Of a stretch of DNA of 64,000 nucleotides, positions 1-9,010 are shown one piece after another. Under the pieces are notes generated by a model. That model was not told where the DNA came from. It saw only the letters and a program-made list of their open reading frames with translations, and ran no database searches. A program made the translations under genes and the position numbers. How positions within the stretch are numbered: the stretch's first letter is position 1; the number at the start of each line of letters is the position of its first letter. Source of the DNA: Nanobdellota archaeon (lineage in GTDB: Archaea; Aenigmatarchaeota; Aenigmatarchaeia; QMZP01); contig JAHIVW010000002.1 in NCBI GenBank assembly GCA_018816245.1, positions 18,314 to 82,313 of the forward strand, in the 5' to 3' direction.

Positions 1-624
1 CTGCGCCAGCATCGGGACGACGAGCGTTCATTCTACTCGAGCGACACCTGGGACGTTGAGTTTCTGTCAGATGAGTTCGGTGTCATCGAACTCGTTGGCA
101 TCGCGGACCGCACTGACTATGATTTAACGCGCCACCAGGACACAACAAAGACCGACATGAGCATAGATGTTGATGGCAAGAAGATTGTTCCGCAGGTAAT
201 CGAAATTGCCTACGGGATTGACCGGCCGCTGTATTGTGTTCTTGAATCCTGTTACAAGAAAGAGAAAGACCGCGGCGTTCTTATGCTTCCACCGGCCCTT
301 GCGCCGTACCAGGTTGCTGTCTTCCCTCTGGTCAAGAAGGACGGGCTCCCAAAAATCGCAAAAGACATAGTCAAGGAACTGAAAGAAGCTGGCTTCTACA
401 CCATCTACGACGAAGGCTTTATCGGAAAAGTGTACTACCGACAAGACGAAATCGGAACCCTGGCGGCTGTCACAATCGATTATAATACCAAGAAGGACAA
501 AACCATAACAGTCCGCGACCGGAACACGAAAGCGCAGGTCCGCGTTCCCCGTTCAAAAATCGTTTCCGTGATTACCAACCTGCTTGCAGGAGCAGATCTC
601 AAGAAACTAGGAAAGGCTGTATGA
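1..624 (+). CDS. glyS: glycyl-tRNA synthetase, C-terminal part (5' end outside window)
   Basis: Frame 1 is open from nt 1 and continuous with ORF 157..624. It reads ...FYSSDTWDVEFLSDEFGVIELVGIADRTDYDLTRH..., then a class-II anticodon-binding domain (PYQVAVFPLVKK, YYRQDEIGT). The TGA overlaps the next ATG (ATGA, 621-624). Confidence 0.8.
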   Translation: MRQHRDDERSFYSSDTWDVEFLSDEFGVIELVGIADRTDYDLTRHQDTTKTDMSIDVDGKKIVPQVIEIAYGIDRPLYCVLESCYKKEKDRGVLMLPPALAPYQVAVFPLVKKDGLPKIAKDIVKELKEAGFYTIYDEGFIGKVYYRQDEIGTLAAVTIDYNTKKDKTITVRDRNTKAQVRVPRSKIVSVITNLLAGADLKKLGKAV

Positions 625-2093
625 AGAAAGACAAGACCGTGGAGGCGCTCCACCCTCACGAGAAGAAGATCATTGCCGCATTGCACGAGTTGGGTAAAGC
701 AACCCCGGAGGAAATTGCGACAAAAACAAACCTCCCGGAAGCTTCGGTCCATAAGGCGGGGATGTGGTCGAAAATCAAAGGCTTGCTCTATCACGAAGAA
801 ACCGTGCACAAGAGAGTGACAATTACCGAAGAAGGAAAACAGTATGGTCGTGCCGGCCTCCCGGAAAAGAAACTTCTCGAACTTGTTCAATCAGGAACCA
901 CAACCATTCCCGACCTTCGCAAACAAGTGAAGAATATGGACATCGCCCTTGGGTGGGCAAAACGGAAAGGCTGGGTGACGATCAAAGGTGGTACCCTTAC
1001 ACTCACCAAGGACGGAAAACACACACTGACAACGATCACTGACGTTGAACACGCGCTCCGAGGAAAAGAACCCGATGAACAGACCTTGCGCGAACTCACC
1101 GCACGAAAACTCGTAACTGTTCAGGAAAAAACAACGAAACACATGCAGCTGACAGCTGCAGGAAAAACAGTTGCAACAAAGCTTCCTGCAATGATGATTG
1201 AGGATGTAGGACAACTCACCCCAAACGATTTGAAGAGCGGTGCTTGGAAAAAGAAACAGTACCGACCATATGCTGTCGATACTCCTGTTCCCACGGTTGT
1301 TGCAGGAAAGTTCCATCCATACATGACCTACCTGCAACGACTCCGCGAAAAACTCGTTGCCCAAGGGTTCGAAGAGCGTCGGGGACCCTGGGTGGAAACT
1401 GAGTTCTGGAATGCGGATGCCCTCTTCATGCCGCAGGATCACCCTGCGCGCAGCATCCATGATGTCTTCCATCTCAAAACTCCGAAACAAGGAGCTGTCA
1501 CTCATCCTTCTGCCCTGAAACTTGTCGGAAAGGTTCACCAAAACGGCTGGATTACTGGTTCACGCGGCTGGGGGTCGTTCGATCCGAAACGGTCACTTGG
1601 ATTGGTACTCCGGTCACAAACAACAGCGGTGTCTGCGCGCATCCTGGCGGAAAAACCAACAAATACAAAATACTTCATCATCGGGAGAAACTTCCGCGTT
1701 GACAAGCTTGATGCAACCCATTCATATGAATTCTATCAATGCGACTGCATTGTCATTGGTGATCACCTCAACATGCGTCATTTGTATGCGTACTTGACCC
1801 TGTTCGCCAAGGAAATCGCCGGCGCAGACAAGATCAGGTTCAGGCCGAGCTACTTCCCGTTCGTGGAGCCGGGTGTTGAAGTTGATGCCTTCATCAACGG
1901 GAAATGGATCGAGGTCGCTGGTGCAGGAATCTTCCGGCCGGAAATGACCAAACCACTCGGCGAAGATAGGACTGTGCTTGCTTGGGCGTTCGGCCTTGAT
2001 CGTCTAGCCATGCGTTCGCTCGATATCAAGGATATCCGACACTTGTATCAACCTGATCTCAACTGGCTGCGAAAAGCTCCTCTGGTGGTGTAA
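621..2093 (+). CDS. pheS: phenylalanyl-tRNA synthetase alpha subunit (archaeal type)
   Basis: 490 aa. N-terminal wHTH-like repeats, then class II core motifs FRVDKLDATHSYEFYQCD and GAGIFRPEM. pheT starts 1 nt downstream. Confidence 0.9.
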   Translation: MKKDKTVEALHPHEKKIIAALHELGKATPEEIATKTNLPEASVHKAGMWSKIKGLLYHEETVHKRVTITEEGKQYGRAGLPEKKLLELVQSGTTTIPDLRKQVKNMDIALGWAKRKGWVTIKGGTLTLTKDGKHTLTTITDVEHALRGKEPDEQTLRELTARKLVTVQEKTTKHMQLTAAGKTVATKLPAMMIEDVGQLTPNDLKSGAWKKKQYRPYAVDTPVPTVVAGKFHPYMTYLQRLREKLVAQGFEERRGPWVETEFWNADALFMPQDHPARSIHDVFHLKTPKQGAVTHPSALKLVGKVHQNGWITGSRGWGSFDPKRSLGLVLRSQTTAVSARILAEKPTNTKYFIIGRNFRVDKLDATHSYEFYQCDCIVIGDHLNMRHLYAYLTLFAKEIAGADKIRFRPSYFPFVEPGVEVDAFINGKWIEVAGAGIFRPEMTKPLGEDRTVLAWAFGLDRLAMRSLDIKDIRHLYQPDLNWLRKAPLVV

Positions 2094-2094
2094 G

Positions 2095-3738
2095 ATGCCT
2101 GTCATAACCATATCCCTCAACGATCTGAAATCACTTGTCCCCCACAAACTGACTGATACCCAGCTGCAAGATCTGCTTCCACAAATCAAAGTCGAGGTTG
2201 ATTCGTTTGGTCCTGAATTGGTACTTGAGGTGACCCCTGACCGGCCAGATCTCTTCTCTGCAGAAGGAATCGCCCGGCAGCTGATCCTCTGGCTTGGTTT
2301 ACAAAAAGGCCTGCCGCGCTACACTATCAAATCATCAGGGATTCGTATCACCACCAAACACCCAACTGTTCGTCCGTTCATGATCTCAGCAATCATTCGA
2401 GGACTTGACCTCACTGGCCCTGCCTTGGAATCTCTCCTGCGATTGCAGGCACAGCTTGATGCAACACTCGGAAGAAATCGCCGGACGGTTTCCATCGGTT
2501 TGCATGATTTCTCCAAAACAAAACCACCGTACATCTACCAGGACGTCGCCCCGACAGCGGTTTCCTTTGTCCCCCTAGATTCCAAGAAGGAGATGACACC
2601 TGCCGCCATTCTCATGGAGTACCCCAAAGGAAAGGAATATGCACATCTTGTTCCGCGGAACTGTCCTTTGCTTACCGATAAAAACGGTTCCGTGCTCTCG
2701 TTTCCCCCAATCATCAACGGAGAACTGACTCGGGTGAAAGAAACCACGAAAGACCTGCTCATTGACATCACCGGGACGGACCAGCTTGCCATGGAACAGT
2801 CCTTGAACATACTCGTCACTGCCCTTGCCATGCGTGGCGGGAAGATAGAATCTGTTGCTGTTGACAAGAAGTCCTTCCCAACGTTGGAACCGCAGCGCCT
2901 CACCATTAATAAACACACCATCATGCAGCAGCTTGGGATTGATCTCAAGAACAGCGAACTGAAAGAACTCTTACAGCGCATGGGTTATGCAGTCACCGCG
3001 GTCCAGGAAACGTTCACGGTGTTAGCGCCTCCCTACCGGGCAGATCTCTGGCACCCTGTTGACGTTACGGAAGACGTTGCTATTGCCTACGGCTACAATA
3101 ACTTGACGCCAGTACACCCGAACCTGTTCTCAGTTGGCCACGCACATCCACTTGAAACCTTTTGTCAGCGGCTCCGGGAACTTGCGGTGAGCATGGGTTT
3201 CATTGAAGTCAACACGTTTGCCTTAACCGGGAATGAACCACCATTGAATTCCTTGTCCGGGAAAGCAATCGACCTCGAAAACCCCATGTCATCCGAAACC
3301 AGTACAGTTCGGACAAATCTGCTAGGCAGCTTGGTTCAGGTCTTTGCTGTGAACAAACACAACAAATATCCCCAACGAATCTTCGAACTCGGCGATGTTG
3401 TCCAGCTCAACCAACAAGCAGAAACAAAAACCGATACCAAGCGCTACCTTGCAATCGGAATTGCTCATCAAACCGCCGGTTTTTCCGAGATGCTTTCCGT
3501 GCTCAATGGCCTGAACACAACACTAGGCAATCCCTGGAAAATTGGAACCACAACTGATCCTGGATTTCTTCCCGGTCGTGTTGGCGCGATCAAACTAGGC
3601 GGAACTGTGATTGGGCGGTTCGGTGAACTCCATCCTGCGATTTTGGCGGACCTCGGTCTTGAAGTTCCGGTTGTTGTATGTGAATTATTTGTTGAACCGT
3701 TAGTACCGCAGCCACGAAACCAGGCGGGAAAATCCTGA
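2095..3738 (+). CDS. pheT: phenylalanyl-tRNA synthetase beta subunit (archaeal type)
   Basis: 547 aa with B3/4-B5-type blocks (SIGLHDFSK, YRADLWHPVDVTEDVAIAYGYNNL). Sits directly after pheS. Confidence 0.9.
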   Translation: MPVITISLNDLKSLVPHKLTDTQLQDLLPQIKVEVDSFGPELVLEVTPDRPDLFSAEGIARQLILWLGLQKGLPRYTIKSSGIRITTKHPTVRPFMISAIIRGLDLTGPALESLLRLQAQLDATLGRNRRTVSIGLHDFSKTKPPYIYQDVAPTAVSFVPLDSKKEMTPAAILMEYPKGKEYAHLVPRNCPLLTDKNGSVLSFPPIINGELTRVKETTKDLLIDITGTDQLAMEQSLNILVTALAMRGGKIESVAVDKKSFPTLEPQRLTINKHTIMQQLGIDLKNSELKELLQRMGYAVTAVQETFTVLAPPYRADLWHPVDVTEDVAIAYGYNNLTPVHPNLFSVGHAHPLETFCQRLRELAVSMGFIEVNTFALTGNEPPLNSLSGKAIDLENPMSSETSTVRTNLLGSLVQVFAVNKHNKYPQRIFELGDVVQLNQQAETKTDTKRYLAIGIAHQTAGFSEMLSVLNGLNTTLGNPWKIGTTTDPGFLPGRVGAIKLGGTVIGRFGELHPAILADLGLEVPVVVCELFVEPLVPQPRNQAGKS

Positions 3739-4455
3739 TGGCAACGTGGCAGGAACGCCAGTTAATTGTGTTGCAATGTGGTGATAGCGCCGGCTTGCTT
3801 TGGCGTGCGGATGATACAAGACAACTGGCGTCTTGTTTGCGATTGCCCGCCGGACTGCAGGATCTTCTGGAATGCTCGAGATCACCGGAACGCCAAGGAA
3901 CTCTTCAACTTCTTCTTGAGAGTATTCATGACGCTCCTTTGCAACACGGTTGATAACAACACCGAGATTGATCGTAGAAAAGCGGTCAGCGAACTTGATG
4001 ACCTTGAGTGCATCAGTCAGCGCCGGCAGTTCTGGTGTTGTTACCGTGATTAATTCATCACCTGCTTCAACCGCGGCAAGCGCTTCCCGACCAAGGCCGG
4101 CAGCTGCATCGATTAAAACGAAATCTGCCTGATCAAGTCGTGACAAGACGTTCAGGAGCCGGCTTGCTCGCGGCACCATGATCTGTCTCATAGAAATGTC
4201 AGCAGGGAGCACTCGGAACCCAGCAGAGTGAGTATACAATGCCTTGCCTGGAGAGATTCTCCCTTTCAAGACGTCTTGAAGTGTATGTGGATACAACGGA
4301 ATCCCTAAATGGAGTCCGAGGTTCGAGGTGGTGAGATTGGAGTCGATCGCAATGACCCGCTTCCCCTGCTGGGCGAGCGCGGTCGCGAGATTGCTGACAA
4401 AGGTGGTCTTGCCAACCCCCCCTTTCGCCGATGCAATCGTGATAAACCGGGCCAT
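3700..4455 (-). CDS. minD: MinD/ParA-family P-loop ATPase
   Basis: 251 aa with the deviant Walker A ASAKGGVGKTT and MinD-like length and layout. Its 3' end overlaps the pheT 3' end (convergent). Confidence 0.8.
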   Translation of the reverse strand: MARFITIASAKGGVGKTTFVSNLATALAQQGKRVIAIDSNLTTSNLGLHLGIPLYPHTLQDVLKGRISPGKALYTHSAGFRVLPADISMRQIMVPRASRLLNVLSRLDQADFVLIDAAAGLGREALAAVEAGDELITVTTPELPALTDALKVIKFADRFSTINLGVVINRVAKERHEYSQEEVEEFLGVPVISSIPEDPAVRRAIANKTPVVLYHPHAKASRRYHHIATQLTGVPATLPSGFSRLVSWLRY

Positions 4456-4507
4456 CTACTCTTCCTTGACAATGAAGGGTTAAATTGTTTTGAGCTCAGA
4501 ATCTCGT

Positions 4508-4978
4508 ATGGAAGAGCAGACGTTTTCTGATTACCTCCGAGCGATCAAAGGATCACAACCGTTCACCCGTCAGGGGATCTATCGTGCTGCAATGCTATGG
4601 CTTGAAAAAACAGATCCACCTCGCCAGTTTTTCCATCCTGAAGAGGCACAAAAAATTGATTGCGATCGACTTCTTGTTTGTTCTCGAAATTCAACACACA
4701 ATGGGTTCATCCGTAATGGGAAAGGTCACCGTCGCTGCAGCTACCGACAACTTGTTCCGAGAGGGGACCTTACCGAAACCTATATCGATGACCTTTCCGG
4801 TCTTCGTTCAAACAAATACGATCCTGTGGGAGATGAACCGGTTGTTGATGCCTGTTTAGCATTTCCAAAACAAGTCACCATTGAAACTCTTGGAACAAGG
4901 CTTACAGAAGAAGAACGATCGTCCCCTGAAACCATTGCAAACTATGTCAAAGCTTTGAGTGCGCTCAATCAACTCTAG
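4508..4978 (+). CDS. hypothetical protein
   Basis: ORF 4490..4978. The first ATG (4508) lies ~25 nt after a TATA-like gttaaattg. No family recognised. Confidence 0.45.
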   Translation: MEEQTFSDYLRAIKGSQPFTRQGIYRAAMLWLEKTDPPRQFFHPEEAQKIDCDRLLVCSRNSTHNGFIRNGKGHRRCSYRQLVPRGDLTETYIDDLSGLRSNKYDPVGDEPVVDACLAFPKQVTIETLGTRLTEEERSSPETIANYVKALSALNQL

Positions 4979-4983
4979 TCGAA

Positions 4984-5057
4984 TGAGCCCGGGAGGATTC
5001 GAACCCCCGACCTTCGCCTTAGGACGGCGCCGCTCTATCCAGCTGAGCTACGGGCCC
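4984..5057 (-). tRNA. tRNA-Arg (anticodon CCT)
   Basis: Reverse complement GGGCCCGTAGCTCAGCTGGATAGAGCG-GCGCC-GTCCTAA-GGCGA-AGGTC-GGGGGTTCGAATCCTCC-CGGGCTCA folds as a cloverleaf with a 7-bp acceptor stem and a TTCGAAT T-loop. Confidence 0.9.
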
Positions 5058-5112
5058 AATGAATCTTTTGTGCTGACGCTTAAATGAACATCTCCGGAAT
5101 CAACTTCTTGTT

Positions 5113-6018
5113 GTGTTTTCAACAGGGAATATTTCCCATATGAATGCAAGGACAGTCATGCGTATCGCGTTCCTCCTCCCACTCATTTTGCTTGTTGCAG
5201 GCTGTACAGCATCAGGAGAGGTGGTCAATGACGAATCTCCTGATCTTGATACCCTCCTTGCAGAGGAACTAGCGAACGTTCCTGAGCCAAAACCAATGGA
5301 AGAGGAACTTCCAGAAGAACCAGAGGACCTGCCAAAGCCAGTGCCCGATCCTTGTTCTGGTGTGTACTGTCAAGCAAGAACGATGATCTGCCCGGACGGA
5401 ATCCTGTCCACCTGCCAGGAACAGTGTGAGAACAGCACCTGCGTTTCCTGCTTCCCAAGCTGCTCTGGCCACAATGCTCCCTGCCAGCCTGTCTGGAGCT
5501 GTTTGCCTTGGTCAGGTTGTCTTGACGGGATAAGCAAACGGACTTGCATTGACATCAACCGGTGCGATTCAACCAACGACAAACCTGCAGAACTTGCTGG
5601 CTGCACGATTCCTGAACCAGTTACCCCACCAACGAATACCACAGAAAATACTACATCACAGAACGAGACAAACGAAACCGTAAATGTTACCTTCGCAATA
5701 TTCCTCTCAGCAATCCAATGCGATGCACCAGGGAATGACGCGGTACGAGAAAACTGGCCTGGTGAATGGGTCGCCATTACAAACAACGGAACAGAACAGA
5801 ACCTGACAAATTGGACCGTGCACGATGCAGACGGGAACGTGTACAACTTGACGAACTTCACGTTTCCAGAAAACTGGACCATTCTTCTCCACTCAGGAAC
5901 CGGTGATGATAATGCAACCGATCTCTTCTGGGGGAAAGGACCAATCTGGAACAACGACGATGATACAGCGTTCCTCGTGAATGCAACAAACGAAACAGTC
6001 AGCGAATTGTCCTGTTAA
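5113..6018 (+). CDS. lipoprotein with a Cys-rich region and a C-terminal lamin-tail-domain (LTD)-like fold
   Basis: Lipobox LLVAGC|TASG, an acidic/Pro linker, a ~20-Cys segment, then an LTD-like block (CDAPGNDAVRENWPGEWVAITNNGTEQNLTNWTVHDADGNVY...FPENWTILLHSGTG). Dense N-x-S/T sequons. Confidence 0.65.
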   Translation: MFSTGNISHMNARTVMRIAFLLPLILLVAGCTASGEVVNDESPDLDTLLAEELANVPEPKPMEEELPEEPEDLPKPVPDPCSGVYCQARTMICPDGILSTCQEQCENSTCVSCFPSCSGHNAPCQPVWSCLPWSGCLDGISKRTCIDINRCDSTNDKPAELAGCTIPEPVTPPTNTTENTTSQNETNETVNVTFAIFLSAIQCDAPGNDAVRENWPGEWVAITNNGTEQNLTNWTVHDADGNVYNLTNFTFPENWTILLHSGTGDDNATDLFWGKGPIWNNDDDTAFLVNATNETVSELSC

Positions 6019-6563
6019 GTACGGCACGCATTGCATGCCCAACGACCGTTGACGTTCTTAAGTCCATCTGAATACTGTTCACACTGTTCGCAGATCCCAG
6101 AAATCGTTGCATGTGGCTGCACAACGCGTTCTGCACGGGCCTTAAGTTTTTCCGACAGGACTTCAATGAGTTCTGGAGCAGTAATCAAAAGCTCCTTGTC
6201 GGTGATAATCCCCTGAATTTGGTTGTTCCTGACGATCGGAATCCGTTTGATGCCGTGCTTGAGCATGAGCCGGGTGACTTTGAGCAAATCCTCGTCTGGA
6301 TCAGCAGTGATAAACTCCTTCCGGGGCTGGTCCCCCACGAGGACGTTCTTTGGATCATCACCCTGGGCAACGAGCCGGACCACGTCCTCTGTTGTGAAAA
6401 TGCCGATCGGCACATCATTCTTGCTGATGACAACGGAGCCAATTCGGTTGTTGCTCATGATCTTGGCAGCAGCGTCTGCAGTGATGTCAGGACCCACCGT
6501 GACCACATACTGACGCATAATTTCCTTGACCTTTACCATGTGTCTGTCTTTGTCCCAAGACAT
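6015..6563 (-). CDS. CBS-domain pair protein with a C-terminal zinc ribbon
   Basis: 182 aa. Two CBS repeats (IMRQYVVTV..., LMLKHGIKRIPIV...), then CEQCEQYS...WACNAC. Confidence 0.75.
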   Translation of the reverse strand: MSWDKDRHMVKVKEIMRQYVVTVGPDITADAAAKIMSNNRIGSVVISKNDVPIGIFTTEDVVRLVAQGDDPKNVLVGDQPRKEFITADPDEDLLKVTRLMLKHGIKRIPIVRNNQIQGIITDKELLITAPELIEVLSEKLKARAERVVQPHATISGICEQCEQYSDGLKNVNGRWACNACRT

Positions 6564-6569
6564 AAATAG

Positions 6570-6923
6570 CTAGAAATTGAGGTAGAGCAGGATTGCGAGA
6601 AGGAAGACAGCAACACCAATGAGGACCGTAATGAGATAAGCACGTCCCTGAACTCGTGGCGGTCTCCGATTTTCTTCCCACCTGTCGCGGTGACGGAGGC
6701 CGATTCCCATGAAGACGAGTCCCATAATAAAGAAGAAACTCATCGAGGAGTCAAATACAAAGAAGAACGGGATCCCGATAGCGAACCAGACCAGACCCAT
6801 GACGAACATGGAGTAATAATCAGGCTTGTGAGGCTCCTTTCCTCTCTTCACTTTCAACAGAAGAACAGCGCCGAAGAGAACGAAGAGTGCAACAATCCCG
6901 AGAAGAATCCATGCGATTTCCAT
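6570..6923 (-). CDS. small integral membrane protein
   Basis: ORF 6570..7049 trimmed to the internal ATG at 6923 (MEIAWILLGIV...), because its first 42 codons overlap tRNA-Ser. 3-4 hydrophobic helices. Confidence 0.6.
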   Translation of the reverse strand: MEIAWILLGIVALFVLFGAVLLLKVKRGKEPHKPDYYSMFVMGLVWFAIGIPFFFVFDSSMSFFFIMGLVFMGIGLRHRDRWEENRRPPRVQGRAYLITVLIGVAVFLLAILLYLNF

Positions 6924-6952
6924 GGGAATACTTGCTGCGGGTTGGTATAAAG

Positions 6953-7036
6953 CGATGGGGGAGGGATTTGAACCCTCGAGTGCAGATGCACACAGGTTTA
7001 GCAAACCTGCGCCTTGGACCGCTCGGCCACCCCATC
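6953..7036 (-). tRNA. tRNA-Ser (anticodon GCT)
   Basis: Reverse complement GATGGGGTGGCCGAGCGGTCCAAGGCG-CAGGT-TTGCTAA-ACCTG plus a long variable arm (TGTGCATCTGCACTC) plus GAGGGTTCAAATCCCTC-CCCCATC-G. A TATA-like cccattataagc lies ~25 nt upstream. Confidence 0.9.
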
Positions 7037-7257
7037 GTGAAGAATCCATTGGCTGCGGAGCTTATAATGGGTGCGTGTGAACCTTTTAAAAATACGCCCC
7101 CAACTCCTGATTCTCACACCGCGTTTGAAAAGCAACACGCCTCTATCCAGAGTCGTGAAACCATAGGTACCTGTATCAGCCGGCGCTTTCCTGATCGTGC
7201 AAATGTGATGGAGAGCGTCGGTCTTTTGTTTGTCTTTCGTGGAACGGTATTCTGAAA

Positions 7258-7542
7258 CTCCCCAGGATATCGGTGTGGCAATTGGGAGGGAAATCTATGA
7301 TGCGATATTAGTCCTCATGAGGAACCGCAAGGTGGTTGGACGGATTCGCGAGTGTAACGGCCAGCGCGAGATCGCAGATAGGAAGTGGAAGATCCATGAT
7401 CCCGGCGAGGGCGGTCCCGGTGCGCAGCCACTGAAGTCCGCCGAGGAGCAACGAACCTTTCACTGTCATGATGACATAGGAGGGTGGTGTGACTGATCAG
7501 TCACTGGGAATTACAATCACTGTTCCGAACTCTCCCGGGGAT
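7258..7542 (+). ncRNA. candidate structured RNA (weak SRP/7S-like motifs); alternative reading is a small CDS 7317..7496
   Basis: The ends can pair (CCCCAGGA 7260-7267 with TCCCGGGG 7533-7540). GGAGCAACG (7444-7452) matches my recollection of an archaeal SRP helix-8 motif, and GUGUAAC lies at 7351-7357. I cannot draw a GNAR tetraloop helix 8. An 88-codon ORF (7230..7496) covers the same DNA. Confidence 0.2.
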
Positions 7543-7543
7543 A

Positions 7544-8053
7544 GTGAAACAATTGGAGGGAGAAGAAATGAAGGTCGTTTTAGAAATGCAAGCAACAAAT
7601 CGAGGTCTCAAGAAGGAGATCTCCCTCGTCCTCTCGCAACGGACGGTTGGTGATCACAGAATGACTGCCAACACTCTCTGGCACGTGATAAAGGGAAGTG
7701 GTTTCCCTACCGTGTCACGGAAGTCCGTGGTCGAGGCCCTCAGGGATCTCCTCAAGGAGAAGGAAGATGTTCCTCCGTTGTTTGGAATGGAAACGGAGGG
7801 ATCACGTTGCGTCTACTTCAATCTCATTCAGGAGAAGACGTGGCGCCTTCAGCGACAAGGACAAGGCAGGACACCGGAGACTGACAGATTCGTTGCCGGT
7901 CTCTGTCAAACCGACGTTCCGCCGACGATGGGAACCAAGACCCTGGAGTCAGTTGGTTCTGAAGGAGTGGGCGCGGATACCAGCGGGTACCCGAAGGAGA
8001 TCAAACCGTCGAGCAATGCGGAGGCAGACGCCAACGCGCTCGACTCCTTCTGA
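7544..8053 (+). CDS. hypothetical protein (possible winged-helix segment)
   Basis: 169-aa ORF with a GTG start; the first ATG is at 7568. The segment TANTLWHVIKGSGFPTVSRKSVVEALRDLLKE looks wHTH-like. No family recognised. Confidence 0.45.
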   Translation: MKQLEGEEMKVVLEMQATNRGLKKEISLVLSQRTVGDHRMTANTLWHVIKGSGFPTVSRKSVVEALRDLLKEKEDVPPLFGMETEGSRCVYFNLIQEKTWRLQRQGQGRTPETDRFVAGLCQTDVPPTMGTKTLESVGSEGVGADTSGYPKEIKPSSNAEADANALDSF

Positions 8054-8135
8054 CGCTGGACAGTTGATGGCACGGCGTTCGGTGCGAACCGTTCGCCGTG
8101 CCCACTTTTAGGTAAACAACAACCCGGGAGGGGCT

Positions 8136-8396
8136 ATGGTTTCTGAATCTGTCATTGAACGAGTGGCCGCGTTCCTTGATCCAAACCAAGGGTACACGGC
8201 ACGAGCGATCGCCTCCCAACTTGCGCTCCCCTTGGCCGCTGTCACGTCTGCACTTGAGCATCTCAAGGCTGAGGGAAGAGCAGTTGAGGTGAAGAGACGT
8301 GAAAGGAGATCGCTATGGCTGAGACACAAGTTCGCGACGCATGACCCGAAGGTCGTTGTCGACAAACTTGGATTGTTTGGTGCGGAGGGATGCTGA
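8136..8396 (+). CDS. small winged-helix DNA-binding-like protein
   Basis: 86 aa. ...YTARAIASQLALPLAAVTSALEHLKAEGRAVEV... has an HTH-plus-wing pattern. Confidence 0.5.
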   Translation: MVSESVIERVAAFLDPNQGYTARAIASQLALPLAAVTSALEHLKAEGRAVEVKRRERRSLWLRHKFATHDPKVVVDKLGLFGAEGC

Positions 8397-8504
8397 ACTT
8401 CGTTCAAGGTCAGGGATTTCTAGATCCACTGCCGAACCTCCCCAAAGCGGCTGCCTGAGTACCCAAACCCATCGACTGTTCCGCGGTCCTTGGGTCTTGT
8501 TTTA

Positions 8505-8519
8505 TATAACAGCGTTATA
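8505..8519. repeat. 15-bp palindrome TATAACAGCGTTATA (motif family TAT[AC]ACA-N-TGT[TG]ATA), copy 1
   Basis: Read directly from the sequence. Lies between convergent genes 8136..8396(+) and 8588..8914(-). Confidence 0.8.
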
Positions 8520-8539
8520 CACCACAACCCCCATCCGCC

Positions 8540-8583
8540 TAGAAAAAGAAAAGAAAAACAAAGAGAGGGCTCACGAGGGAGCC
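8540..8583 (-). terminator. hairpin plus T-run terminator-like element after 8588..8914
   Basis: On the minus strand: GGCTC-cctcgt-GAGCC, then ctctctttgtttttcttttcttttt, immediately after the stop. Confidence 0.5.
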
Positions 8584-8587
8584 TGAT

Positions 8588-8914
8588 TTACGCGTTTTTG
8601 GTCACGACGAAGACTTCGCGCAGAGCGACTAGCAAGCCAGCCCCTGCGACAAAGGCCACAAAGTGATTCAGCATGGTTGAAGCAACAGCGCCGATGTACG
8701 GGATCTCACCAACAGTGAAACCCACCAACATCAAGGCAATGGTTGCCAACAGGAATGTGAGAACTTCCTCACCAGACACATTCAACAGGCCAACAATGAT
8801 CCCAAGGATCACGAGGGCTGGAATGGCCAACTCGCCAAGATTGGCGAATCCTGCAACCACCGAAATCACAAGGCCAATGATAAAGGCCACGCGACCGATT
8901 TTTGCGGTGTCCAT
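8588..8914 (-). CDS. small integral membrane protein
   Basis: 108 aa with three hydrophobic helices (VAFIIGLVISVVAGF, ALVILGIIVGLL, FLLATIALMLVGF...). Confidence 0.6.
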   Translation of the reverse strand: MDTAKIGRVAFIIGLVISVVAGFANLGELAIPALVILGIIVGLLNVSGEEVLTFLLATIALMLVGFTVGEIPYIGAVASTMLNHFVAFVAGAGLLVALREVFVVTKNA

Positions 8915-9010
8915 GCCAATCCTAGTGCGGGCCGACTATATAAGCCTTTTGGAATCTGAAAACCGATAGCAAGCGCCCCATTTTGACCATCCATATAAAA
9001 AGGGGGGTAT

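Noticed and set aside
6924-7049. N-terminal 42 codons of listed ORF 6570..7049
   Set aside because: They are the reverse strand of tRNA-Ser(GCT) (6953-7036). The CDS was trimmed to ATG 6923.
7258-7542. RNase P RNA
   Set aside because: GAAGTCCGCC resembles CR-I (GGAAAGUCC). The other conserved regions (the ACAGAA...GGCUUA type) are absent, and the order of similar motifs does not fit an RNase P layout.
7544-8396. Calling this region and 22920-25381 foreign on the basis of GAG/AAG/CGG-rich, GC3-rich codon usage
   Set aside because: The same codon preference is seen in native highly expressed genes here (uL11, Spt5, P0). Composition by eye cannot discriminate horizontal transfer, and no statistics could be run.
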